Assembly (NCBI RefSeq): GCF_009834535.1
Contig: NC_045696.1
Span: 62,001-126,000 of the forward strand
Length of the DNA: 64,000 bases
Direction of reading: 5' to 3'
Origin: Camelus ferus
Lineage: Eukaryota
Within the stretch, counting starts at the first letter, position 1. Every line of letters begins with the position of its first letter. Under the pieces are notes generated by a model. It was not told the DNA's origin. It ran no database searches and worked only from the letters and a program-made list of their open reading frames with translations. Shown here piece after piece: positions 36,501-51,500 of this stretch. Both the position numbers and the translations under genes were made by a program.

Positions 36501-39500
36501 AATGCTTCAAGTAAGCAGTGTCAAATGAGGGGCTATGGCTGATCCAAAGAGGAGCTAGTGCCCAGGTCATTCAGCGCAGGAACATAGAATAATTTCAAAT
36601 ATCGTGGAAATCATTGCTCACGAATTGTCCCACGAATTTGCTGAAAGTTTTCCCATTGATTCCCAGGATACAATGAATTTTACGATTTGGAACAATAAGC
36701 TGGGTAGGAAGAGATCTTCTCCCACTTCTGCTACCATTGTTGTCATGCTCCCCAGGAATGGTTTCAAATTGGGTTCAATTTGACATCTCAAGTTCAGGTT
36801 GAGAGAAACAGTTTCAGAACCGAGACATAGGCTTCTTTCCCATTCACAGTAACCCATTTTTCCCAGAATGGCACAAGACTGAAATCACGCATGCCCATTT
36901 CATTTCATAGAGCGAACATGCTGGAAGGTCCCGTGCATAAAGCTAAATGTCATAGAGACAATCCTACAAATGGCCTTCTGCATTCATTCTATCTTTCATA
37001 GAATTAGTTACACATAAGTGAAAAACTGTGATTCCATTTGGAATAGGAGCCAAGAACTTGTGAACTCTCACACACAGCCATTTCCCAACTGCCAAAGTTT
37101 CCTTACTTGCAAACCAATCATTAGTGTGAATTTCCTTCAAACATACCTTATCCAAAATTGAGAATTGTTAAAGCATACATTGAAGAAAAGCACTCATTTA
37201 GGAGAGAATACCCTCCAAGCTGTCTTCTTCCTTAGTATTCTTCCTACAGAAATCTTCATAACGTGTGAAGTAAAATATCTACATAGGATGATGAACGTAT
37301 ACTTGTGAATGCACAAATGGGCTCACTTCCATCCTTGGAAACCAATGTGTCCCCAACAATGAAGCACAAAGAAAACTGGCCCATGTTTCATTTCTAGAAA
37401 TAGGGAAATTACAGAAGATGAATTTCATGTGAACTAATGCTGAAGAATGTTTCTCTGCATAAAACATTCAAAATTCCTGATAGGTTTCAACTGAGGTATT
37501 GTTGACTCAGCTGGGATGAGGCATCTTAATGTCACTTTGCCAGATGTACCTTCAAAATATGGAGGGACAGCTCAGGCCACTCATGAAAATCCCAGATTTT
37601 GACATCAGTTCCCAAGAAGGGAGTATCCCTCAGCTGTTCTGTTCCCAAAATGAAACACAGGGCAAACATTTGTATCAAGCAGACAATAATTGCATGAGGA
37701 TTGCTAGCTGTATTCTTTGCTTCTTCCCTTGGATGCCTTCTGTGGACATTGCAAGATCTGGGGAACCTGGGGTACTGAGGCTGAACTACTGAAATGGCCA
37801 TTCCAACTACTCACAGGCAGTAATAGACAGCATGCTATGATCTACCAAAATCTTGGACCAGGTCAGCTCACACAACCGCAGATTGATCCCAAGAATGAAA
37901 GGTACAAAAACTTGAGGAACCCAGGACAATCTATCTAGGAGATAGTCTCACAAGAATCTTTGTCTCACCATAACTTCATGACAGCTAGAGGCCTTTTCAG
38001 GATGGCTGAATTTGAGGAAGAAAGGCAGGATGCAGTGAAATCTTATGGAACATGAAGAAGGGCTTGTACACCAAAGGTGAATCCTCACATTATAAATGGG
38101 CCAGAAGACCGAAAACTTCCTCATTTTCTTAGTTCCAAGATGGGAACAGGTTTACAAGACTGGGTGAAGCTAACAAAATGTGCTACATACTGTCCAAGTA
38201 GTCCTTCCAGTTTGTGAAAATATGCTCGATCGAGACATTCAGTTGGGGGAACATGGAGAATTCACAGTGGGTTTTAATGCATGGACTCACTCACAAGCTA
38301 CATATAGGCTGAGTCCTCATTTGCACCACTTACATGATCCCAACTAAGCAGAAGGAGGTTTTCACAATACATTTTGTGTCTAGTGACAAGTACCTAAATG
38401 TTGCATTTCACAGCCCCTCATTTTCAAGAGATATTCTGTCAACAAATTTTCCTAAATAGCAGGTGACATTCCTAATGGCATAAAAGTCGTGGATGAATGG
38501 AATGGACTCAATCTGAGTGTGTGAGAAAGCCTATCAGAACTTGGATAGTGGATGGCTTCCCCAACACCAAAATTCTCTTATTTTATAATGCAAAAGAGAA
38601 TATTTTTTCACATTCATTGTAATCCCAAGATGCATCACCTATGAACGTTAGGGTTGATCTTATGGAAATTAGAAATCCCATTCAAACAATCCTCTTTCCA
38701 CCTTGCTTAGAGTGGTTTGTAAAAGATGGGTCTGCTGAGGGTCTGTTAGTGTGACTATGATGAATTTGGGACAAGGACCTTCAGGACAGGAACAAAGTCT
38801 ACTTACAGAAACGGAGGAAACCCATGGCTCCCTTTAATCTTCGATGTTATTTCACCTATTCCATTCCATTCCTACACTGGAATGTTTGTCTAAGTTTCGG
38901 CATAAAAAGCTGCATACGGAGAGATCATCTCCCAATTATATCACGTCATCTGGCATGCTGATCGGGAACATTATCCATTTGGATTCAATTTGATATCTCA
39001 AGTTCAGGTTGAGAGAAAAAGTATCAGAACCGAGATATAGGCTTCTTTCCCATTCAATGTAACCCATAATTCCCACATTGGCACAAGGCTGAAATCATCC
39101 TTACCATTTTCACTTCATGTTGCAAATGTTTACAAAGGTCAGTGCATGAAGCTAAATGGCGCAGAAAACCTCCTTCAAATGGCTTTCCGCATTCACTCTG
39201 TATTTCATATAGTTAGTTCAACATAAGAGAAAAACTGTAATTCAGTTTCAATTAGGAGATACTGTGGAACAATAACACACAGCCAATTCCTGACTGCCAA
39301 AATTCTGTCTTGCATACAATCAGACGGTGTGAATTTCTTTCAGAAACCTTATCCAAAGTTGAGAACTGTTATTGCATATATTGAATAAAAGCACTCATTT
39401 AGGGAAGATTACCCTCCAAGCTGTCTTCTTCCTCAGTATAATTCTGACAGAAATCTTCATAACGGCTGAAGTACATTATCTACATTGGATGATGAACGTA

Positions 39501-42500
39501 TGCTTCTGAATGTGCAAATGGGCTCACTACCATCCTTGAAAGCCAATGTGTCCTCAAAAGTGAAGAGCAATGAAAACTGGCCCATGTTGTATTCCTCTAA
39601 ATAGCGAAGTTACAGAAGATGAATTTCAACTTAACTAATGCTGAAGAATGTTTCTCTGCACAAAACACTCAGCATTCCTGATAGATTTTGAGTGAGCTGC
39701 TGTTGACTCAGCTGGGATGAGGTGTCTTAATGTCACTTTGCCAGATGTACCTTCAAAACATGGAAGGACAGCTCAGGCCAAACATGAAAATCCCAAATTT
39801 TGCCATCAACATACAAGAAGGGACTATACCTCAGGATGTCTGTTCTCAAAATGAATAAACAGGTCAAGCATTAGTTCCAAGTGGACAAGAGTTGCAAGAC
39901 AATTCCTAGCAGTATTCTTTGCTTCTTCCTTTGGATGAATTCTGTGGACATTGCAAGATCTGGAGAAGCTGGGGTACTGAGGCCGAACTTGTGAAATGGC
40001 CTTTCCAAGTACTCACGGGCAGTAATTGAAAGCATGCTGTGCTCTACAGAAATCTTGGATCATGTCATCTCACCCAACCACAGACTGTTTCTCAAGAATG
40101 TAAGGTTCTAAAACCTGTGGAACACAGCACGACCTATCTAGGATTTAGTCTCACAAGAATCTTTGTCTCACCATAACTTCATGCCAGCTAGAATGCTTTT
40201 CAAGATAGGTGAATTTGAGGAAAGAATTTCAGGATGCAGTGAAATCTTATGGAACATGAAGACCAGCTCAAAAGCCTAAGACAAACACCTCACATTTTAA
40301 AACTGCCAGAAGACCAAAAGTTTCCCCATGTGCTTAGTTCCAAGATGGGAACAATTTCCAAGACTGGGTGAAGCTAACACAATGTGCTTCAAACTGCCCA
40401 AGTAGTCCTTCCAGCGTGAGAAAATATGTTCGATCGAGACATTCAGTGGGGTGATCTAGGAGAATTCACAGTGTGTTTTAATGCATTGCCTCATCACAAA
40501 CTAGATATAGGATGGGTACTCAATCGCATCAATTATATGATCACAACAAGGCAAAAGAGATTTCACACAGAGAGTTTTTGTCTAGAGACAACTATCTAGA
40601 AGCTGCATTTCACAGCCCCTCATTTTCAAGAGATATTGTGTCAACAAATTTTCCAGCTTAGCAGGTGACGTTCCTAATGGCACATAAATAGGGGATGAAG
40701 GAAATGGACTCAATGTGAGTATGTGAGAAAGAATACCAGAACTTGGATATTGGATGGCTCCCCCAACACCAAAATTCTCTTATTCCTACAATGCAGAAGA
40801 AGCAAATTTTTTCACATTCTTTGTAGTCCCAAGATATGTCACCTATGAACATTAGGGTTTATCTTATGGAAATTAGAAGATGCATTCAAACAATCCTCTT
40901 TCCACCATGCTTAGAATGTTTTCTAACAGCTGGGTCTTCTGAGGGGCTATCAGTGTATCTATGATGAGTTTTGGCCAAGGACATTCAGGACAGGAACAAA
41001 AGCTTCTTAGGGAAACCGTGGAAACTCAGGGCTCCCTTTAAAGTGCGATGTTTCTTCATCAATTCCGTTCCATTCCTAGAGTGGAATGATTGTCTAAGAT
41101 TTGGCACAGGAAGCTGCATGAAGAGAGATCTTCTCCCAATATTATCACTTCTCCTGGTATGCTGTTCGGGGGCATTTTCAAGCTGAGTTCAATTTGAAAA
41201 CTCGATACAAAGTTGAGAGAAATTATTTCATAAAAAGTTTATAGGTTCCTTTCTAAATCACAGAAAGCCTTTCTTCCCATGGTGGCACCAGGCAGAAATC
41301 ATTCTTACCCATTTCATTCCCACAAGGGATCATGTTGGAAGATTCTGTGCATGTAGATCAATGTCATGAACACATTCCTGCAAATGGCTTGCCACAGTGT
41401 TTCTCCTTTTGTAAATACAGTTCAATATTTGAGAAAACCACGATTCCTTGTGCATTATGGGACAATGTTTTGTGGAAAACTGAAGTAGAACCTTTTCCCA
41501 AATGCCTAAATACTCTGTGTTGCAAGGAAATGATTGGGCGAATTTTCTACAAATGTGAGATCTCCAAAATTCAGAATCATTACAGGACATATTGAAGTGA
41601 AGCACAAATTATTCAGGAGAGAGTACCCACAAAGCTGTCTTCTTTTGTGCTATTCTTCTTACAGAAAAATTCATTACAGCTAAAGTAAATTATCTGAGTT
41701 CAAAAAGAATTGTGGCCTATGAGAATGTGCAGATTGGCTGACTTTCGTCCGTGTAAATCAATGTGTCCTCAAAAATGCAGTGCAGTGAAAACTGGCCAAC
41801 ATCATATTCCTCCAAATAGGGATGTTTCTGAAGGAGAATGTTGCCTATAGATCCACTAAAAAGGGTTTATTGCACCATTAAATCAGCTTTCCTAATAGGA
41901 CCTTGGGAAGGTCCACCTTCCCAAATGGACCTTCATAACATGCAGGGAACCTAATCCCAAACACGGAAATCCTGGTTTTTATCATCAATTCCCCTTTAAG
42001 GGATTTTCCCAAGGCACTTATATTCCCCTAAATACCATATGAGAATAATTTCTGTGCAGATGATGTGACTACAGATGACATTTAAATAGCATCCTTTGCA
42101 CATACCCTTTGATTCACTCTGTGGGAAGTGAAGAGCAAGGAGAAACAGAAGTAGTAAGGATGAACTTGAACAGAATCCTCACAGATAATGGACTTACTGT
42201 TCTCTACTTTAGGCAAAACTCTGCACTTCCAATTTCTGGGAAAAAGTCAAATTAACATCTCCACAAGTGTATCCCAGATTTACAAGATTTTAAAATCTAA
42301 AGGTCACAGAGACTCCTATCTACAATAACTTTTCACACGAATCTTGATCTTGCCATCAACTGACGCTAATGACAATGTTTCAAATGAAGCTGAATTGGAG
42401 GAAGGAAAGGCAGGTTTCAGTGAAATCTTACAGAACATGGTGATAGAATCGTGTGCCAAATGGAGTAGCCACATATAAGAAAATTAGCAGAATGAAAACT

Positions 42501-45500
42501 TCCTCAATTGTTTGAATCAAAGGTGGGAAGAGAAGGGCTGTGGGAGATTAACTAATTTGGAATTAGTGGCAAAAGTAACACTGGGTGCATCTAACATGAA
42601 GTGCTTTCTCCTGCCCACGTAGTCCTTTCAGCAAGCAGACATTTCCTCGATCGACACATTTTGTGAGGTGAAGAATGATATTACCATGGGGGTTTTAATG
42701 CACGGCCTAAATCACAAGGAAGACATAGGATTATTTCTCAATGCCTCAAATCTGAATAAGGCAGAAGGAAGTTTCCCACACAATCTTTCTTTTATTGACT
42801 AAAATGAACAAGATGCATTGCACAGACCTCTACCTTTAGAGACACACTTTCAGCAAAGTATCCAAGTATGCGGAAAATTGCCTAAATTCAACCGAAGCAG
42901 AGATGAAGCAAGCTAACTCGCTGTTTGTGTGTGAGAAAGCCTATCACAGCTCGTACATATGCTTGCTTCCCAACAACAGAAAAACACCATCATCATGACA
43001 GCATAGGTGAGAGATATTGTCAGCACTCTTTCTATACCCAATATGTGTAAAGTGTCAAATTTTGGGTTGATGTGACTGAAATTACAAGACCCATTCTAAC
43101 AATCTGCTTTGCACTTTCATTTGGATGTTATCAGTAAGCAGTGTCAAGTGAGGGGCTGTGGCTGATCCAAAGAGGATCTTGTGCCCAGGTCATTCAGGGC
43201 AGGAACATAGAATATTTTCAGATACCATGGAAATCAGTGCTCATGAAGTGTCCCACGAATTGGCTGAACCTTCTCCCATTGATTCCTAGGGTATGATGAA
43301 TATAAAGATTCTGTACGGTAAGCTGGGTAAGAAATATCTTCTCCCACTTCTGCTATCATTGTTGTCATGCTTTCCAGGAACAGTTTCAATCTGGGTTCAA
43401 TTTGACATCTCAAGTTCACGTTGAGAGAAACAGTGTCAGAACCGAGATATAGGCTTCTTTCCCATTCACAGTAATTCCCACAGTGGCACAAGGCTGAAAT
43501 CATCCTTACAAGTATCATTTCATGAAGCGAATGTGTAGAAAGTTCCGTGCATGAAGCTAAATGTCTTAGAGACTCTGCTTCAAATGGCTTTCCACATTCA
43601 CTCGGTATTTCATAAAGTTAGTTAAACATAAAGGAAAAACAGTGATTCAATTTCAATTAGGAGACTTTGTGGAACAATGACACACAGCCATTTCTCAACT
43701 GCCAAAATTCTCTGACTTCAAACAACGTGATGGTTTGAATTTCTTTCAAAAACCTTATCCAAAATTGAGAACTGTTATTGTATATATTGAATAAAAGTAC
43801 TCATTTAGGAGAGATCACCCCCCAAGTTGTCGTCTTCCTCAGTATACTTCTGACAGAAATCTTCATAACGGCTGAAGTACATTATCTACATTTGATGATG
43901 AACGTACGCTTCTGAATGTGCAAATGGGCTCACTACCATCCTTGAAAGCCAATGTGTCCTCAAAAATGAAGAGCAATGAAAACTGGCCCATGTTGTATTC
44001 TCCAAATAGCGAAGTTACAGAAGATGAATTTCACCTGAACTAATGCTGAAGAATGTTTATCTGCACAAAACACTCAGCATTCCTGAGAGATTTTGAGTGA
44101 GCTGCTGTTAACTCAGCTGGGATGAGGTGTCTTAATGTCACTTTGCCAGATGTACCTACAAAGCATGGAAGGACAGCTCAGGCCAAACATGAAAATCCCA
44201 AATTTTGCCATCAACTCCCAAAAAGGGACTATACCTCAGGATGTCTGCTCCCGAAATGAAACAAAGGGGAAGCATTGGTTACAAGCAGAGAAGAATTGCA
44301 AGGGAATTGCTAGCAATATTCTTTACTTCGTCTTTTGGATGAATTCTGTGGACATTGCAAGATCTGGAGAAGCTGGGGTACTGAGCCTGAACTTGTGAAA
44401 TGGCCTTTCCAAGTACTCACAGGCAGTAACTGAAAGCGTGCTGTGCTCTACCAAAATCTTGGTTCATGACAGCTCACCCGACTACAGATTTTTTCCCAAG
44501 AATGAAAGGTTCTAAAACCTGTGTAACACAGGGCGACCTATCTAGGATTTAGTCTCACAAGAATCTTTGTCTCGCCATAACTTAATGTCAGCTAGAATGG
44601 TTTTAAAGATGTCTGAAATTGAGGAAAGAAAGTCAGGATTCAGTGGAATCTTATGGAACATGAGACAGGCACATAAGCCTAAGACAAAAGCCTCACGTAT
44701 TAATACAGCCAGAAGAGTGAAAAATTCCCCATGTACTTAGTTCCAAGATGGGAACAGTTTTCCAAGACTGGGCGAAGCTAACACAATGTGTTTCAAACAG
44801 TCAAAGTAATCCATCCAGCTGTGATATTATGACCAATCGAGACATTCGATTGGAGGGGGAAATTGGAGAATTCAAAGTGGGTTTTAATGCAAGGCTTCAT
44901 CACAAGCTAGATATAGGATGGGTCCTCCATTGCACCACTTACATGATCACAACAAGGCAAGAGGCATTTTCACACATAGTTTTTTGTCTAGTGACAAGTA
45001 CCTAAAAGCTGCATTTCACAGGCCCTCATTTTCAAGAGACATTCTGTCAACAAATTTTCCAGCTTAGCAGGTGACGTTCCTAATGGCACATAAATAAGAG
45101 ATGAAGGGAATGGGCTCAATGTGAGTGAGTGAGAAAGCCTATCAGAACTTGGATATTGGATGGCTTCCCCAACATCGAAATTCTCTTATTCCTACAATGC
45201 AGAAGAAGGAAACTTTTTCACATTCATTGTACTCCCAAGATGAGTCACATATGAACATTAGGGTTGATCTTACAGAAATTAGAAGGCGCGTTCAAACAAT
45301 CCTCTTTCCACCTTGCTTAGAATGGTTTGTAACAGCTGGGTCTGCTGAGGGTCTGTCAGTGTATCTATGATGAGTTTGGGCCAAGGACCTTTAGGACAGG
45401 AAGAGGATTCTTAGGGAAACCATGGAAATTAAGGGCTCCTTTGAACCTGCGATGTTTTTTCATCAATTATGTTCCATTCCTAGAGTGGAATGATTGTCTA

Positions 45501-48500
45501 AGACTCGGCACAAGAATCTGCGTGAAGAGAGACCTTTTTCCAATTTTTTCACTTCTCTTGTCATACTGTTAGGGAGCACTTTCAAGCTGGGTACAATTTG
45601 ACATCTCGAGACAAAGTTGAGAGAAATTATTTCACCACAGGTTATAGGTTCCTTTCCAAATCACGGGAATAATTTCTCCCCATGGTAGCACCAGGCAGAA
45701 ATCATTGTTACCCGTTTAATTCCCATAAGGGAACATGTTGTAAGATTCCGTGCATGTATATCAAGGTCACGAACACATTCCGGCAAATGGCTTGACACAG
45801 TGTAACACATGTTTGTTAATAAAGTTCAGAGTTTGAGAAAACCGTGATTCCTTGTGCATTATGGGACCAGGTTTTTTGGAAAACTGAAATAGAGCCGATT
45901 GTGAAAGTCCTAATTACTCTCTGTTCCAAGGAAATGATGGGGGGAATTTTCTTCAAACATGAGATCTCCAAAATTCAGAATTGTTACAGGACATATTGAA
46001 GTGAAGCACGAATTATTCAGGAGAGAGTACCAACAAAGCTGTCTTCTTTTGTGCTATTCTTCTTACAGAAAACTTCATGAGAGCTGAAGTAAATTATCTG
46101 AATTCAAAGAATAAGAGACGCCTATGAGAATATGCAGATGGGCTAAATTCCGTCCATGTAATTCAATGTGTCCTGAAAAATGTAGTGCAGTGAAATATGT
46201 CCAAAGTCATATTACTACAAATAGGAACGTTTCTGAAGGAGAATGTTGCCTATAGATTCACTAAAAAGGGTTTTTTGCACCATTAAATCAGCTTTCTTAA
46301 TAGCTTTCTTAAGAGCTGCTTTTGGCTGAGCTGAAATGCACCACTTAATGTCAACTTCCCAGATGGACCTTCACAACATGCAGGTAACATCATCCCAAAC
46401 ATGGAAATCCTGGTTTTTATCATCAATTCCCAAAGAGGCATTTTCCCAATCACTTCTGTTCCCCTAAAAACCATTATGAGAATCATTTGTGTGCAGATGA
46501 TATGACTACAGATGACTTTTAAAGAGCATTCTTTGCACATATCCTTTGATTCACTCTGTGGAATGTGAAGATCAAGGAGAAGCTGATTTATTAAGGACAA
46601 ACTTGAAAGAAGCTTCATAGATTATAGACTTACCATTCTCTATAATAGGCAAAACCCTGCAATTCCAATTTCTGGGAACAGGTCAACTTAACATCTCCCC
46701 AAGTGTATCCCAGATTTAAAAGATTTTAAAATCTAATGGGCACAGAGACTCCTATCTACAATAGGTTTTCACATGAATATTGATCTTGCTGTCAACAGAC
46801 GCTAACAAGAATGCATTCAAATAAAGTTGAAGTGGAGCAAGGAAAGGCAGGTTGCATTGAAATCTTACAGAACATGATGATAGAATCATATGCCAAATGG
46901 AGTAACCCCATATTTGAAAAGTGGCAGAAGACTGAAAGCTTCCACAATTGCTTGAACCTAAGGTGGGTAAAGAAGGGCTGTGGGAGATTAACTAATTTGG
47001 AATTAGTGGCAAAAGTAAGACTGGGTGCATCTGACACGAAGTGTTTTCTCCTGTCCACGAAGTCCTTTCAGCAAGTGAACGTTTGCTCGATGACACGTTC
47101 TGTGAGTTTAAGATTGATATTACTGTGGGGGTTTTAATGCACGGCCTCAATCACGAGGAAGACATAGGATTTTTTCTCAATGCCTCAAATCCGAACAAGG
47201 CAGAAGGAAGTTTCCCACACAACCTTTCTTTTATTGACTAAAATGAACAAGATGCATTGCACATACCTCTACATCTAGAGACAATCTTTCGGCAAAGTTT
47301 CCTAGTATGCGGGAAATTGCCTAAATTCAACCAAAGCAGAAATGAAGTGAGCTAACTTGCTGTTAGTGTGTGAGAAAGCCTATCACAGCTCATAGATACG
47401 CTTACTTCCCAACAAGAGAAAAACACCTTTATCATGACAGAGCAGGTGAGGGATATTGTCCACACTCATTGTATTCACAAAATGTGTAAAGTTTCAAAGC
47501 TTGGGTTGCTGTGACTGAAATTACAAGACCCATTCTAACAATCTGCTTTGCACTTTCATTTGGATGCTACCAGTAAGCAATGTCAAGTGTGGGGCTGTGG
47601 CTGATCCAAAGAGGATCTTGTGCCCAGGTCATTCAGGGCAGGAACATAGAATATTTTCGGATACCATGGAAATCAGTGCTCACGAAGTGTCCCACGAATT
47701 GGCTGAACTTTCTCCCATTGATTCCTAGGATTCGATGAATATAAAGATTCGGAATGGTAAGCTGGGTAGGAAGAGATCATCTCTGACTTCTGTTACCGTT
47801 GTTGTCATGCTCTCCAGAAATGGTTTCAATCTGGGTTCAATTAGACATGTCAAGTTCAGGTTGAGAGAAACACTATCAGAACTGAGATATATGCTTCTTT
47901 CCCATTCACAGTAACCCATATTTCCCACAATGGCACAAGGCTGAAATCATCATACTAGTTTCATTTCATGCAGCAAACGTTTTGAAAAGTCCCGTGCATG
48001 TAGCTAAGTGTCGTAGAGACTCTGTTTCAAATGGCTTTCCGCATTCACTCTGTATTTCATAAAGTTAGTTCAACATAAGAGAAAAACTGTGATTCCATTT
48101 CAAATAGGAGAGCTTCTGGAACAATAACACACAGCCATTTCCCGACTACCAAAATTCTCTGACTTGCAAACAACATGATGATGTGAATTTCTTTCAAACA
48201 GCTTATCCAAAATTGAGAACTGTTATTGCATATATTGAATAAAAGCACTCATTTAGGAGAGCTTACCCTCCAAGCTGTCTTATTCCACAGTATATTTCCC
48301 ACAGATATCTTCATAATGGCTGAAATAAATTATCTACGTTGGATGATGAACGTATGATTCTGAATGCTCAAATTGTCTCACTTCCATCCTTGAAAGCCAA
48401 TGTGTCCCCAAAAATGAAGCACAATGAAAACTGGCCCCGTCATATTCCTCCAAGTAGCGAAGTTACAGAAGATGAATTTCACCTGAACTAACGCTGAAGA

Positions 48501-51500
48501 CTGGTTCTCTGCACAAAATACTCAGCATTCCCTATAGGTTTCAAATGAGCTGCTGTTGACTCAGCTGGGATGAGGTGTCTTAATGTCACTTTGCCAGATG
48601 TACCTTCAAAACATGGAAGGACAGCTTAGGCCAAACATGAAAATCCCAAATTTTCCCATCAAATCCTAAGAAGGGAGTGTACCTCAGGTTGACTGTTACC
48701 AAAATGAAACACAGGGAAGCATTTGTTTCAAGTGGAAAGAAATGCAATAGGATTGCTAGCATTATACTTTGCTTCTTCTTTTGGATGAATTCTGTGGACA
48801 TTGCAAGATCTGGAGAAGCTGGGGTACTGAGGCCGAACTTATGAAATGGCCTTTCCAAGTACTCACGGGCAGTAATTGAAAGCATTCTGTGCTCTACCAA
48901 AAATTTTAATTCACGTCAGCTCTCCTGTTTGCAGATTGTTTCCCAGGAATGAGAGGTTCTAAAACCTGTGGAACACAGGTCGACTTATCTAGGCTTTAGT
49001 CTCACAAGAATCTTTCTCTCACCATAACTTCTTGTCAGCTAGAATGCTTTTCAGTATGTCTGAATTTGAGAAAAGAAAGTCAGGATGCAGTGAAATCTAA
49101 TGTAATATGAAGACAAGCTTGTAATCCTAAGAGCGAAGCCTCATGTTTTAAAACTGCCAGAAGACCAAAAATTTCCCATGTGTTTAGTTCCAAGATGGGA
49201 ACAATTTCCCAAGACTTGGTGAAGCTAACACAATGTGCTTCAAACTGTCAAAGTAGTCCTTCCAGTGTGAAAATATGCTCGATCAAGATATTCAGTGGGG
49301 GGAAATTGGAGAATTCACATTGGGTTTCAATGCATGGCCTCATCAAAGCAAGATGTACGATGGGTCCTAAATTGCACAACTTACATGATCACTACAAGGC
49401 AGAAGGGGGTTTCACACATACATTTTTTGTCTAGTGACAAGTACCTAAAAGCTGAATTTCACAGCCCCTCATTTGCAAGAGACATTCTGTCAACAAATTT
49501 TCGAACTTAGCAGGTGACTTTCCTAATGGCACATAAATAGGATATGAAGGGAATGGGCTCAATGTGAGTGTGTGAGAAAGCCTATGAGAACTTGGATATT
49601 TGATGGCTTCCCCAACACCAAAATTCTCTTATTCCTACAATGCAGAAGAAGGAAATTGTTTCACATTAATTATACTCCAAAGATGCATCACCTATGAACG
49701 TTACAGTTATCTAATGGAAATTAGAAGATGTGTTCAAACAACCATCATTCCACCTTGCTTACAATGGTTTGCAACAGCTGGGTCTGCTGAGGGGCTGTCA
49801 GTGTAATTATGATGAGTTCAGGACAAGGACCATCAGGACAGCACAGAGGCTTCTTAGGGAAACCGTGGAAAATCAGGTCTCCCTTGAACCTGCGATATTT
49901 TTTCATCAATTCTGTTCCATTCAAACAGTGGAAAGATTGTATAACATTTGGCACAAGAAGCTGCATGTGAGAGAACTTCTCCCAATTTTATCACTTCCCT
50001 TGGCATGCTCTTCAGGAGCATTTTCAAGCTGGGTCCAATTTGATATATTGAGACAAAGTTGAGAGAAATAATTTCACAACAAGTATATTGGTTCTTTACA
50101 AATCATGGAAACCACTTCTCCCTATGGTGGCACCAGGCAGAAATCATTCTTACCCATTTAATTCCCATAAGGGAACTTGTTGGAAGATTCTGTGCATGTA
50201 GATCAAGGTCACGAACACATTCCTGCAAATGGCTTGCCACAGTGTATCTCACTTTTGTAATTACAGTCCAACATTTGAGTAAACAGTGATTTCTGTTGCA
50301 TTATGGGACATGGTTTTGTGGAAAACTGAAATAGAGCCGTTTCCCGAATGCCTAAATATCCTATGTTGCAAGGAGGTGATTGGGCGAATTCTATTCAAAC
50401 ATGAGACCTCCAAAATTCAGAACCGTTAAAGGGCATATTGAAGTGATGCACGAATTATTCAGGAGAGTGTACCAACAAAGCTGTCTTCTTTTGTGCTATT
50501 CTTCTTACAGAAAACTTCATGAGAGCTGAAGTAAATAATCTGAATTCGAAGAAAAAGGGAGTCTTATGAGAATGTGCAGATGGGCTGACTTCTGTCCGTG
50601 TATTTCAATGTGTCTTCAAAAATCCAATGCAGTGAATACTGAGTAATGTCATATTACTCAAAATACGGACATTTCTGAAGGAGAATGTTGCCTATAGATC
50701 CACTAAAAAGGGTTTATAGCACCATTAAATCAGCTTTCCTAATAGCTTTCCTAAGAGCTTCTTGTGGCTGAGCTGAAATACACCACTTAATGTCACCTTC
50801 CCTGATGTACCTTCATAATATGGAGGGAACATTATGCCATACATGGTAATCACGTTTTTTATCATCAATTTCCAATAAGGGATTTTGCCTAGTCCCTTTT
50901 GTCCCCCTAAGGAACCACATGACAAACATATTTGTGCAGATGTTATGGCTAAAGATGACTATGTAAAGAGAATCCTTTACACATTTCCTTAAATTCACTC
51001 TGTGGAATGTGAAGATCAAGGAGAAGCTGATGTATTAAAGACAAACTTGTACAGAAACCTCTCAGATTACAGATGGACCTTTCTCTCTATTAGGCAAAAC
51101 CCTGCAATTTCAAATTCTGGGAAAAAGTCAAATTAACATCTCCCCAAGTGTATTCCAGATTTTCACAATTTTAAAATCTGAGGGGCACAGAGGATCCTAT
51201 CTATAAGGCATTGTAACACGACTCTTTATATGCCATCAACTATGCAAATGAGAATGATTTCAAAAAATGCTGACTTGGAGGAAGGAAAGGCCATTTGTAG
51301 TGAAATCTTTCAGAACATGGTGAAAGGACGGTGTGCCAAATGGAAAAGCCCCATATTCAAAAAGAGGCAGAGGACTAAAATCTTCCACTAATGTTTGATC
51401 TTTAGGAGGGAAATTAATGGCTGTGGGAGAATAACTATTTTGGAATTAGTGGCAAAATTCAGACTGGGTGCATCTAACATGAAGTACTCACTCCTCTCTA

